Assembly: GCA_025603075.1 (NCBI GenBank)
Contig: MU626348.1
Span: forward strand, 19,457-83,456
DNA from: Neoconidiobolus thromboides FSU 785
Taxonomy: Eukaryota > Fungi > Entomophthoromycota
Length of the DNA: 64,000 bases
Direction: 5' to 3'
A program made the position numbers and the translations under genes. Below the pieces are notes generated by a model. That model did not search any database. It saw only the letters and a program-made list of their open reading frames with translations, and was not told the DNA's origin. Shown here piece by piece: positions 1-11,588 of the stretch (its first letter is position 1; every line of letters begins with the position of its first letter).

Positions 1-53
1 TATTTAAGTGGAAAGATTGTTAGTAAAGTTCTTAAACAAAAAAACACATCCCC
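1..53 (-). mobile_element. MITE copy 1 (truncated by window start)
   Basis: Matches the family in reverse orientation, ends ...ACACATCCCC followed by ATAT. Convention: + = GGGGATGTATTTTT...AAAAACACTCCC. Confidence 0.8.
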
Positions 54-386
54 ATATCATTTATCTACTACACCTAAACTTTATATATTTAATAATCGAT
101 CTAAACAAAACAACCAAAATCCACTTAACAAAATGTTATTAAATGTATTTTTATACTTTATTGGTAAACCAAACAAATTAATAGCTGCTTTATCTTAACA
201 ACAGTAAAAGTCAAATCCATTCTATCATTAATATCAATAAGCATTGTTCTCAGTTTATAAATATTTAATCATTCAATAACACTTAATTTAAGTATATAAG
301 TAGTTTCATTACCAGTAAAACTTGAATTGAGGATCAAACGAGACAATAATATTTTTAAAAAAATATAAATAAGCAAAAATAAATAC

Positions 387-481
387 GGGAGGTGTTTTTT
401 TGGTCTCATCACTTTTTCCATTTTTAAGCACCATTTGAGCGGAAAGACTATCAGTAAAATTTTTAAACAAAACACACCTCC
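387..481 (-). mobile_element. MITE copy 2
   Basis: GGGAGGTGTTTTT...ACACACCTCC; flanks ATAC/ATAT (one mismatch). Confidence 0.85.
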
Positions 482-677
482 ATATTTAAATCTTAACCTG
501 CTAAGTGTTCCTTTCCTTAATCAAAGTGCTAATTTTTCTGACATCAGATTCCTTTTTTTGGCGGCTAGTTCATATAAATACCCAGGTTCTATGTTTTTTT
601 GAGTTTTTTTAGAGTAGAAGCTTAGACTCTGCACAATTGCCTAAAGCCATCATTCTTTTTGTATATATATAGCATAT

Positions 678-775
678 GGGGCTGTTTTTTTTAGTTTCAT
701 TATTTTTCCATTTTTTAAGCGCTATTCATGTGGAAAAATTGTCAGTAAAATTCTTAAATACAAAAATACATCCCC
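678..775 (-). mobile_element. MITE copy 3
   Basis: GGGGCTGTTTTT...ATACATCCCC; TSD ATAT/ATAT. Confidence 0.9.
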
Positions 776-779
776 ATAT

Positions 780-873
780 AGGGATTTTTTTCTGGCTTCA
801 TTACTTTTTATCTTAAGCACTCTTTGAGTGGAAAATTTGTTAGTAAAATTCTCAAACACAAAAATACATCCCC
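780..873 (-). mobile_element. MITE copy 4 (tandem with copy 3)
   Basis: Begins directly after copy 3's ATAT (776-779), ends CATCCCC then ATAT. Confidence 0.9.
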
Positions 874-1639
874 ATATATTACTAAATTAATAAATAGCTC
901 GATGGGAGGGAGTGGTTAGCCCCAAAACTATAATTAGACATCCTTATATAATACAAATAATATAATAATAGTTTCTACTTACTCTTTAACTATTTATTGA
1001 CTTAGCTATTAATAATTTAGATAATGTTAAAATTCAACAACTAATTTCTAACATTAATAAACTACTTGCTTAGTAAATGTTTAAATATTTGAATATTTAG
1101 ATTTTTTGTTATTTGTGAAATCTAGTACTCAGTGGTTGGAGCCAGAAACAGCTATTGCCTGGTTGACTACACTATAAGTTAAAAAGTCTTAGTTTATGTG
1201 ACTAAGATAGACTTGGAGTATGAAGAATAGCTCTTAATAGGCTACAGACTATGTAAAACAAATAGAATAGACAATACTAATATAAAATCTACGTAAAATA
1301 CTATTAAGAAAACTTAGTGGCTTTATTAAATGTTCGAGATATCAGGGAATAATTCAGTTAAAAAGCCTCAAATTACTATACTCTAAAATCTCTTTTGTAC
1401 TTTGAAAAATATAAATATCAAAATGAGAAGATAATGTTCTTTTGAATGGAGCTAGAAATTCTCATAGCAAATCAAACTAAGAACATGGGATTGATTTTCT
1501 CTGAACTCGAGAACACAACAACTTAGGCGATTATTATGCTATAATTAACTATGGGACTGACAAAGCAGTATTTCACAAAACTTAAATTTGGGTTAATTTT
1601 TAAGCTGATTCTGGAGCTGATTCAGACATTTCAATATAT

Positions 1640-1738
1640 GGGAGTGTTTTTTTTTGCTTCATTGCTTTTTACATTTTTTAAGCGCTATTTAAGCGGAAAA
1701 TTTAGTAGTAAAATTCTCAAACATAAAAATACATCCCC
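1640..1738 (-). mobile_element. MITE copy 5
   Basis: Near-consensus; TSD ATAT/ATAT. Confidence 0.9.
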
Positions 1739-1776
1739 ATATTATTTTAAATATATTGGCATTAATATTAAGATAT

Positions 1777-1875
1777 GGGGATGTGTTTATATATTCAAGA
1801 ATTTTAGTAATACTTTTTCCACTCAAATAGTGCTTAAAAGATGGAAAAAGTAATGAAGCCAAAAAAAACATTCCC
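1777..1875 (+). mobile_element. MITE copy 6 (inverted relative to copy 5)
   Basis: GGGGATGTG...AAACATTCCC; left flank ATAT, right flank diverged. Confidence 0.9.
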
Positions 1876-2274
1876 TATTGATTACTTAAATTATTTATAA
1901 AATTAATTTAACTGTAATTTATATAACAAATTTAATTAGCTTTTGGTAACTTTGATATTAGAAATTATATTTTAAATTTAAATATAATTAATTTAAACCT
2001 TTTTATCTAAATATAGGAGAATTTTTATCAAATAAAGTATTAACAGATAAATGAAAAAATTAAATTATTAAAACAAAAAATTGATCCACTTTATATATTT
2101 AATTTATTAAATGAAGATGTCAAACTCATATTTTTAAATGTACTAGATAAAAACAAAAAAATTAAAATATTTAAATTGAAAAAAAACTAATACTCTAATG
2201 GCCTTCTGTAAAATAAAGCTAATTTTGACTAATATTAATTTAATATTTAAAAACGATAAGTTTGTCAAAACAAT

Positions 2275-2372
2275 GGGAGTGTTTTTTTGACTTCATTATT
2301 TTTTCCATTTTTTAAGCGCTATTTGAGCGGAAAATTTGTTAGTAAAACTCTTAAACACAAAAATACATCCCC
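2275..2372 (-). mobile_element. MITE copy 7
   Basis: Near-consensus body; flanks CAAT/AATA are not a clean 4-bp TSD. Confidence 0.9.
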
Positions 2373-2660
2373 AATACCAAAAAAATGGCTGAGAATAATC
2401 TGCCAAAATGGAAATGCTTAATAAAAATAGTTAAAAACTTAAACCTTGTATTTACTTCAATCTTAAAATAAGACCAACACATTATAAGGTAAGTGAATTG
2501 TTTTGAATGGGCAAGGAGTTTGTCCAAATTGCTTGTAATGTACTAAATAACTAAAAAAATTATCAGTACTTTGGATTGACTCTCCGCTCATTTAAGATGA
2601 TTCACTCTCTCCAAAGCACACTATGCTATATAAACAAGTAAAGGTTATTTTACTTGATAG

Positions 2661-3562
2661 ATCAAATTAATTTCAATATATATTTTTACTCCAATTTATT
2701 TAGCAGCTACTTGCATAACTTCAATATGCTTAATAACCAATTTATTTTTAATTTACTTTGCAAGTAAATTATCATCAGAACAAATTGATATAAAATTAGT
2801 ACTTATTTTGGTCTCTTTAGAGTTTTTAGCACCAAGTGTGGTTTTATCTGATATTATTTACTATTTTATTGATGGACAAAAAATAATTGAAAATCAATAT
2901 GAATGCAACTTTTGTGAATTTGTTATAATATTTATTTATCATTATGAAATGGTATTGAGTTCTTTATTATCAATGGAAAGATTATCAAAAATTAAAAAAT
3001 CTTGTTTATTTAATTACGCTTATTATCCTACAATAATTAATTTAATTGTCTTCACACTTTTATTGATTGCTTGCGCTGCTACAAATTCATTTGTAATTGC
3101 TTCAACAAAATTAACTTGTCAGTTCAATGTTTAAATAGTATATTAGCTTCGGTCACTTACCACTATTCTTTGTTAAGTGGCTTTGTCGGTGTTGGACTTT
3201 TAGTATACTCATATTACTGTTTGGTAAATAAAATTAATGATCATAAAAACATTATGCTATTGGGAACAGAATCTACTATTAAAATATCTAGTAGTGTAAG
3301 ATCTAAGTGTTTTAAAAAAGCATCAATTAAAGTAGATTTAATTTTAATTAGTTACACAGCATGAATGCTAAGCTCAATTATTACTTTATTTCTTGAATCA
3401 ACATTGAAATATAAATATGATGATACTCTTAAATATGCCAGGGATCTTAATGCAGCTGTTACACTTTTGCTTATTTTTGGTATTATCTTTAATACGTTGC
3501 TAATGCTTACTTTACATGCTGGAGTTGCAAAAGAAGGGAAAAAAGTAATCGAGTCAAACTAA
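2661..3562 (+). pseudogene. 7TM class A GPCR-like pseudogene
   Basis: The frame is open from ~2661 (IKLISIYIFTPIYLAATCITSICLITNLFLIYFASKL...) through ORF 2808-3134, with TM3-like C...SLLSMERL (E/DRY-like motif). A frameshift near 3130 leads into ORF 3071-3364, then an in-frame TGA (3362-3364), then TM6/TM7-like ORF 3365-3562. No intact start was found. Confidence 0.6.
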
Positions 3563-4888
3563 ATTTTAGACCCCGAGGACCTAAAGTCTAAGTTAATCCA
3601 AATTTTAATAAGAACAAATAGACTTTGCACCTCAACAATCATTTTGATTGTAATGTAAATTTGATACCTGTAACTGTATCTTTTAACAAAATAAATAAAA
3701 TTTTAAAATCACTATTTAAGGTACTTTGATTAATTTCTACAGCTCGAAAAAAAATCCTGACAATTTATAGTAAATAGTTTATTTGGAGCATTTAAAAATA
3801 AAAAAATACCATTTTACAGTAGTGAAAAAGTCATTTTAATAGCCATTATATAATCTTGCAACTATTTGGCTTATAAATGTAGTAGTTTTAATCTAAAAGC
3901 TTACTGTTATATTAATACGTTGGCTTTTTGTATCCAAAGTTATAACTCCATAAAAATATAAACGCGTCAAGACATACATCGTGAATGGGATATGAGAGTA
4001 TGATTAGTCAGTTGTAAAACAAGGGGTTGTTTCGTAGTTCTAATCCGTGGGAAATAGAGTTAATGATATATAGAGTATAATGAAAAATAACATATGAAAA
4101 ATAAACTATGTCGCTTTTTTTGTCAAATTTATTTACATATTTATTTATGAATAAATCAATGATTATAATATGGTTCTTGGTCCAGATACTTATTTAAGAA
4201 TAAAATTGATAAAAAAATTAAACGCTTCTAATTTCTTTATAATGGGGAATATTTCAATTAAAACTGTCAATATTCTCATTTTACATCCCTTGATTTCTGC
4301 TTTATGTATTTGGTTTCATTTAATAACTAGACATTTAAAACTTTCTTTCTTTAATTAACTTTATTACGCTATTTACGTAATAGTTTCTTTATTATGCCAA
4401 CTATTAACTTAATAATTTAATAAATAACCTATAGCAAATTAAGCGACTACCTTAGCTCATTAAAACAATATATTTTAAAACAATATATTTTAACATATAA
4501 AATGATGATGTTAAGAGAAAACTATTTATAACTCTGTATAAAAAATACATTTGCCAGTTAAGGTTAATAAATGATCTGAGCTACCATATTTAAATAGAAA
4601 ATTATGCTAGTGGAACATACTAAAGAATAGATTTTTAAGGGAGGAGTCGTGAGAGCTAATTTCTCCCTTCCTCGGTAGATAAACTTACTAAATAAAGTAA
4701 AAAAAGAATTCAATTACCAAGTTTCTCTCTTATATCTACTAAATAGATAGCACAACCATTGTAAATGACCAATTGTATAAAAAAAGCATGATTTTTCGAT
4801 TATTGTTCATTGTTATATTTGATGGAGTAGGACAGCTAATATAAAAAGGACTCAAATGTAAACTCAAAAATCATAACATTAAGTTAAT

Positions 4889-5887
4889 ATGTTTAGTATC
4901 AAATCCACTTTATTGAATTTCCTCGTTTATGGTAGTCTTGTTAGTAATGTCTTAAGCACTACCACCATTACTGAGGATGAAAAGCTCCCTGATACCTCCA
5001 ACGATCCTTATTTGAGAGATTTAATTAATGGCTTGAAAGATATCAAATCCAACTTCTCTGATATTCCAGTTAGGAGTGGAAGGTCTTCCGTTATAGTCAA
5101 TTTAAAAGTGAGCGATGAAGCTGAATCTAAGAGGATTTCAAAATATGCTGGTGCTGCTTACTGCCTCGATTTAACTTTGAAACCATGGACTTGTAATCAT
5201 TGCAAAAAAATCGGTTCCAACATTGTTGTTCAAGATGTTTTTACTGAATTTATTACTGGTGGTCGTGGATTCATTGCTACTGATGCTACTAAAAAGCAAA
5301 TTATTCTTTCCTTCCGTGGTAGCTCCAATATTCAGAATTGGTTAGGAAATCTTAACTTAATATTTACCAATTATAATGTAAATAACGGTGGTAGTGATAT
5401 TCAAGTACATGCTGGATTTAAAGATGGTATCAATGCCCTTTATCCAAAGTTCAGCCCACTTCTTAAAAGTTTAGTAGCTTCACATCCAGATTACAAACTT
5501 ATTATTACTGGCCATTCTTTAGGTGGTGCTCTTGCTACTTTAGCATCTATTGAAATTCAAAAGAACTTCAACTTATCGTGGGATAGAATGCAATTATTTA
5601 CTTATGGTGAACCTCGTGTTGGAAATACTGCTTTTGTAGAATGGTTCAATAGACAAAGTTTAACCTTAACTCGTGTGGTTAACAACAAAGATATTGTTCC
5701 TCACGTACCACCACGTAAATTTGGCTATTCTCAACATCAAAGAGAAATGCATTTAAGGGATAATAAAGCTAAAGTTTGCTCCACCACTGTATTAGAAGAT
5801 CCCACTTGTGCTTTATCTACTGAGCCTTTCTTATCCATTTTAGATCATCTTACTTATTGGGATGGTTTCTTAGGTGGTGTTTGTTAA
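4889..5887 (+). CDS. Secreted class 3 triacylglycerol lipase (Rhizomucor/Rhizopus-type)
   Basis: Signal peptide and propeptide, FRGSS oxyanion/lid region, VHAGF, GHSLGG nucleophile elbow, TYGEPRVGN, DIVPHVPP, C-terminal DHLTY. Intronless; TATAAAAA at 4840-4847. Confidence 0.95.
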   Translation: MFSIKSTLLNFLVYGSLVSNVLSTTTITEDEKLPDTSNDPYLRDLINGLKDIKSNFSDIPVRSGRSSVIVNLKVSDEAESKRISKYAGAAYCLDLTLKPWTCNHCKKIGSNIVVQDVFTEFITGGRGFIATDATKKQIILSFRGSSNIQNWLGNLNLIFTNYNVNNGGSDIQVHAGFKDGINALYPKFSPLLKSLVASHPDYKLIITGHSLGGALATLASIEIQKNFNLSWDRMQLFTYGEPRVGNTAFVEWFNRQSLTLTRVVNNKDIVPHVPPRKFGYSQHQREMHLRDNKAKVCSTTVLEDPTCALSTEPFLSILDHLTYWDGFLGGVC

Positions 5888-6436
5888 AGGCTTCATTGTT
5901 CAAATACTAATAAATGATTTTTTTTAAAACTATAAGTTTAATTTAACAATGATTTATTCTAATTTTTATTGTAATTATAATATCTTTAATAAGATTAGTC
6001 AATATAATAGGATACTAAGGCGACGGAAAATCTAGAAAGCTATGACTCTCAAAAACGGGTTTGATTTAATTAAATTTATAAAACTTGAGAATGAATATTT
6101 CAGGTTAACCCTTTAAAATTCTTGTTATAATTCTTGTAAAATTTTTAGGACACAAAAGCATCTAAATGTTTTCTTAATATTGTAAAGGGATAAGAATGTT
6201 ATTGGAATATTATAAGAGGAGGTATAATGTGAATTTTTAACTTTGAATCATAAACCAGTATGGTGCTTTATATGTTTTTTTAAGAATGTAAATAACTCCA
6301 TAATTTTTCAAATGTTCTTATGTGAATTTTTAAAAAAATAGATACAGTTTTACTTGGCTTATATTTACGTTTAGTGGTAAATTTCTTAACTATATTCAAA
6401 ATGAAAGTTAGTTTTATGTAAATTAAATAAGTAAAT

Positions 6437-6533
6437 TGAGATGTATTTTTGTATTTGAGAACTTTACTGACAATTTTTCCGCGCAAACAGCACTTAAAAG
6501 GTGTAAAAAGTAGAGGCCAAAAAAAACACCCCC
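6437..6533 (+). mobile_element. MITE copy 8
   Basis: TGAGATGTATTTTT...AAACACCCCC; TSD AAAT/AAAT. Confidence 0.85.
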
Positions 6534-7566
6534 AAATCTCTAATAGCTTAATCAGATTAAGGTAGCTTTTATCTTGAGCCAAAAAAAAAAGATGTTTACC
6601 ATAAAACGCAAATATTCACAAGCAAAGCTGTACTACTGGTACAATTTATACATGAATTTTATTACATACAGCTGTTGTAGCTCTTTAATAGCTTTTCTAC
6701 CAGTAATTTTTGTAGGTAAACTATTTGTATAATCTGTTTTTAAAGCCTGAGCATTATATCTCAACCAAGAACGATGTAACTTTTTCTTAAAAAATAATTA
6801 AATTGTAAAGACCTGTAGGAACTGTAATCTAATGGCTTCATAAATTATATAAAAGTCACCTTTAAATTACATCAGCAATGGTCCAACAGATATACTACAA
6901 GCCCAATTCAAACGTAGATTGGGAATCTTTGCTTTTGTAGTAAGTGAATTTAATCATGTTAACTACTTCGATTTAAACTTGGTAAACGCATATCTAAAAA
7001 CATCTAATTCAAGTTTAAATTGGACTAGTATAGGAATTATTGTCTATTTCAAAAATTTCATAAGATTCAATGATGTATTTTAAAATTATAATTACTATAT
7101 AAAAAACAATCAGTATCTATCCAAGCTTTAACTTTTAATTAAAAACTCAAGCATATTCGCAATTTGAGAGTCTTTGGTGAGGTTAAAACGGCGAACTTAC
7201 CTGTTAAGTAATCAAAGTTAGTATTGTCTATTAAAGAACTTTTAAATCTTTTAAATTTTCATGTGTTCTTTAGAGTATGAATTTATCTAAAAAAAATTAT
7301 TCATGCCCAATAATCGCCATTGCAGCATTAACTTAAGTTTGTAAATTTCTACTCAATTGCTTTCAATATTAGCAACTGATACTTTTTGAACCCCTTTTCG
7401 CTTTTTTATTAATTTATCCAATAGGATGTTCCATTTTAGAAGTTTAATTTTGCCCAAATAAAAGTTAATGTTCTATAAACTAATTATGAACTTCAATTCT
7501 TCTTCTTTCTTACTAATCTCCATTTTGTTTCTATTTTCTTATTTCAAAAACCAACAGTATCTAACC

Positions 7567-8187
7567 ATGAGTAAAAAAATCAAGATTATTGAATACTCTA
7601 TTATCGATAATAAAATTAAAAAAAAAAGAGACGAGCCAGAGGAATTAAAACGGGCAAAAAAGTTAGAATTAGGGATAATTAAGCTTGAAGAGCAGATGAA
7701 AGAGACAATTCGATTATTAAAGAAATTGGAGTCAATTAATGTAAATAAAGGGCTAAAGACAGATAAAGGACCAAAAAATTATAATAATCCAAACTTAGTT
7801 AGATTAAAAAGATATTTGAAATGGACAGCATCAAAGCTTAAGTCTATTGATAAAACGAATGAAATTGAGAGTATAAATAATATAATCAAAGAATATAATA
7901 ATATTAAACCCGGGTTTCTATTTGAGCGGCATTATTCAAACACTCAAATATATATCAATTTCAATTCTACACCATTCGAGGAAAAATCGGAAGAAGGAGA
8001 TATAGGAGTTGCTTTCACTCTATCCGAATACGACATTCAGTTCAATAGCATTCTTAAGAGTTTTAATGGGTTTAATCGTATTTTCGAGTCCTTCATAAGT
8101 TATCATAGTACTTCTTTAATAAAGTATTTAATTTTAAAGTCTATCGCAAAATTTTTACTTTTCCTTAAATATAGTAGTATTTCTTAA
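7567..8187 (+). pseudogene. Truncated or degenerate paralog of the 38267-40213 TF-like protein
   Basis: From the Met at 7567, IIEYSIIDNKI..KK..LELGIIKLEEQM..LKRYLKW..IKPGF aligns with VINCSFVNNKI..LKNGIKELGTQL..LKVYLKW..IKPGF. It stops far short of the 648-aa paralog; introns cannot be excluded. Confidence 0.55.
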
Positions 8188-9006
8188 GGTAAATTGCAAG
8201 TACATAGTTGTTTTTTATAATGTTTTAAACTGTTAAGTCAACTTCATTTTAGATTAATTTAGATATTGAATATCTGATATTACATATATATTGATTTATA
8301 TGATTAATTAATTAATTTTATTGAAATGTTGGGAGAAAAAACAACACTTCAAATGTACATATTAAAATTTTATCTCTTTTATATAAATCAATAGATAACT
8401 ATGTTTAACAATTATTAACATGTTAGCTATAACAATTAAACATCGGTACATTTGGTTATATATTTGGCACTATTACTGGTGTTATTATAGAAAATTTATA
8501 TTATATATCAATATTAAATTTTAAAGGTTGGAAGCCACAATAAATGGAAAAAAGTTCTCTACAAATAAATTGAGTATATCGAACATACCATTAAATTTAA
8601 TCCTATGTAGAGATAGATTTTGCTTCCTGAATTGAGACTTAGTGGCTAAAGCTAATAGCTAAAACCATTGAGAATGCTTCTTTCCTGTATGGACTCTACA
8701 ATTCAAGGTACTACTCCTTTACCTCTTTTAAAGTCTCATTCTTCTTAGCTAAGTCAAACCTTCAATAAAAATGCAAAACCAAAAAAAGGGTTAATCAATA
8801 CTAATAATAATTAAGAGCATTATATATGTTAAATAATTCAATATGAAATTTATCACTTAATTAAGAATTTTAACTAACTATAGTGTAGAAAGGAACACAT
8901 TATTCTGTTAGCTTTTTAAATGCTATTGTTGATTATATTTATTTTTTAATTTTATAAAGTTAATGGACTGTTACCAAGGGTTTATCTTGGGGTATATGTA
9001 ATAATT

Positions 9007-9104
9007 GGGGATGTTTTTTTGACTTCATTACTTTTTACATCTTTTAAGTGCTATTTGAGTAGAAAAATTGTTAGTAAAATTCTCAAATACAAAAATACAC
9101 CCCC
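9007..9104 (-). mobile_element. MITE copy 9 (inside kelch pseudogene)
   Basis: TSD AATT/AATT; removing the element plus one TSD restores the reading frame. Confidence 0.95.
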
Positions 9105-9547
9105 AATTGATGACGAATTACATTATTTAGGTGGATGAACATTTTTACCAAATATAGAAGTCATTACGAAATAGAATTACGAGGTATTTAGATTAAATTT
9201 AAAAAAAGGTTGAAGTTATTGAGTAATATAGCTCCATAGGAAAGGAAGAACACAAGTAATCTGTTAATAAATCAATTACGACCAGGTTTTTTATATATAG
9301 GAAAGAAGGATAAACAAAGAAGATTGGTAAGTTTTTATGACAAGTTTAAATATTATAGCTTAAATACCAATTACTTTAATATCAAATTAAACAAATGGTA
9401 TAAGAAAGAAACTGTTGAATGGAGTTAATATAGTAAATGTGGTCACAGGGGGCTTCTTTTAAGTTTAATGTATATTATAAGATGAGGAAGATTTAGATTA
9501 ATTTTATATATCTAGAGAGCTTTCATCTCATTCAAATGAGAATGTAT

Positions 9548-9646
9548 AGGGTTTTTTTTTTGGTTTTATCACTTTTTCCATTTTTTAAGCACTATTTAAA
9601 CGAAAAGATTGTTGGGTAAAATTATTAAACAAGAAAATAGATCCTC
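9548..9646 (-). mobile_element. MITE copy 10 (inside kelch pseudogene)
   Basis: Diverged body; flanks GTAT/ATAT. Confidence 0.85.
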
Positions 9647-10188
9647 ATATCACACAATTAAACTTACTTAACATCAAAACAAGGTGGTTAAAAGTAATAT
9701 ATAAAATAATATACTTCCAATGTTTATATTGTTGAATATTTTTACCATAAATTTATTCGGTTTTCAATTTAATGATGATTATAACCTTATTTCAAAAAGT
9801 TCAGATTATACATCAATATCAATATAATAAATTAAGAGACTATAGATAGTATACCTTGATTAATTAAAGTGGAAAGAATAGCATTAATATTAATAGTAAT
9901 GTTAAAAAAGAAAATAATAGCAAGAATAACAAAAAATTAGATAGTAATAAGTTGTTAATATGAGGGATTATAAGTGGAATAAGCAGAGTTATTTTAATAA
10001 CAGTAGTTATAATATTTGTATATTATAAATACAAAATGAAGAAAAAGCTAGCAAGCATGATTATTGAACCCATCCTTATTAAACTAATTGATACATTAGA
10101 TCTTAATAATAATTACTATAATACTGAAGTATTTAGTTATTCTCATGAAAGCGATGATAGTAGTACTATGTTATCTCTAAATATATAT

Positions 10189-10282
10189 GAGGATGTATTT
10201 TTTGCTCAAGAATTTTACTAACAATCTTTCTACTCAAATACTGCTTAAAAAATGGAAAAAGTGATAAAACCAAAAAATCACC
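10189..10282 (+). mobile_element. MITE copy 11 (inside kelch pseudogene)
   Basis: TSD ATAT/ATAT; excision restores ...LSLNIY-IKSN, matching paralog LPLKTC-IKSN. Confidence 0.9.
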
Positions 10283-11126
10283 ATATATCAAGTCAAATAG
10301 ACATAATACAATTGGTGAAAACAAACTTTAATAAAAATTATTATTATAGATAAAACTAATAAGATTTATAATTTTATTTTGCAAAAATCAAATTTCGCTA
10401 TAAAAAATCAACTATAAAAAGTATTTCTATAATAAAATTATTTATTACAGTGATAAAAACTCCTTATTAATAATTATAATATTTTAATTGTCCAATAATA
10501 TCATCTTTATATCTCTGATCTCTTTTTGTTGACTTTTTCCTTACTTATTTAATATTAATAAATTGCTAGGAGCTTTACTTTATAGAAATAAGAAAACAGT
10601 TACAATTTCTTTCCTGTAACGTTAAACTAAATTAAATTAATTTTTATTTTTATATAACCTTATTGATGTTCAAATGCTTATTATTATAGATAATTTATTA
10701 CTATTACTTTGCTTATATAATCAAAGACTGAGGAATTTACTTATATTCTCTTAATCTCGACATCGAATGATTAATAATTTAGAATAATAGACTCTGTCGA
10801 ATCACTAAACGCCTTAACATTAAGATCACAAGGTATAGGTATAGACCTTTTCTAAATGACCTAACTATATTAATTGTTTTATATCAAATAATAAAAGCTT
10901 ATCTGCAAATGTCATAAAGTTTGAAATAAGTAATGTACAAAGCTGTCTTCTTCATTTTATATAATTTTTATAAATACTAAGTTTAATATTTTATAATCAT
11001 GTTTCAACAACTTAACAATAAATACTAGAATGTAATACGATATTCAAAATAAGTTATAAAAAAATTAAAATTGATGATAAGTTTATTGAAATACTATAAT
11101 GGAAAAAAGATGCTTCTTCAAAAGGT

Positions 11127-11588
11127 TTAATAGTCTTCATTATAATAGTTTCTACTTCTACTATAGTCCTCCTTACCATAGCCACTATCATAATGATCAT
11201 CATTGTATTCCTTTTTACTATATTTATTATGATATTTATCGTTATATTCTTCATCTCTATTATATTTATCATATTTTTCCTTTTCCTCATAATTATTTTT
11301 TTTATCTTCTTTTTTATCTTCTTTTGTTGACTTATTTGTTTCTGGTATAAAAGTAAGATTTGGAATAGTAGCTGTATTTTCTACTTTTTTTGCTGAGTTT
11401 GAAGGTTTACTAATAGGGTCAAAGGACTGTGGCTTACCATCTAATAAACTTGTAATATCAAGAGCATCAATAGGAATATTAGAATTATTATCTTCAGGCA
11501 ATACGTTGGTATTTAATGCCTTTTTTGGACCTAAGACAGCACAGGATACTAAGGAAACAACGCTTAATGCAATGAGACTGGTTTTCAT
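11127..11588 (-). CDS. Secreted low-complexity protein with Tyr/Asp/Lys-rich C-terminal tail
   Basis: 153-aa intronless ORF; signal peptide MKTSLIALSVVSLVSCA; KEDKKEDKK; tail ends ...SRNYYNEDY. Confidence 0.8.
   Translation of the reverse strand: MKTSLIALSVVSLVSCAVLGPKKALNTNVLPEDNNSNIPIDALDITSLLDGKPQSFDPISKPSNSAKKVENTATIPNLTFIPETNKSTKEDKKEDKKNNYEEKEKYDKYNRDEEYNDKYHNKYSKKEYNDDHYDSGYGKEDYSRSRNYYNEDY

Larger units (their letters stand above)
8920..10331 (+). pseudogene. Kelch-type single-pass membrane protein pseudogene with three MITE insertions
   Basis: Translates as MLLLIIFIF*FYKVNGLLPRV..VII[MITE]DDELHYLGG*..NYEVFRLNLKKG..NIAP*ERKN..NKWYKK..[MITE]..LI*GIISGISRVILIT..YKYKMKKK..SMIIEPILIK..SLNIY[MITE]IKSN. 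Colinear with 35997-37451 and 52201-53628; several stops and an internal deletion. Confidence 0.9.

Noticed and set aside
269-1871. ORF-track entries 269-475, 1551-1853, 1689-1871 (also 6280-6582, 30428-30682, 30763-30957, 35528-35716) as genes
   Set aside because: They are read-throughs of MITE copies plus AT-rich flanks.
8920-10331. RIP-like C-to-T hypermutation in the pseudogenes
   Set aside because: Some stops fit transitions (TGG to TAG, CAA to TAA), but others need transversions (GGA to TGA). The intact paralogs and many MITE copies retain CpA/CpG. A RIP-index computation would be needed.
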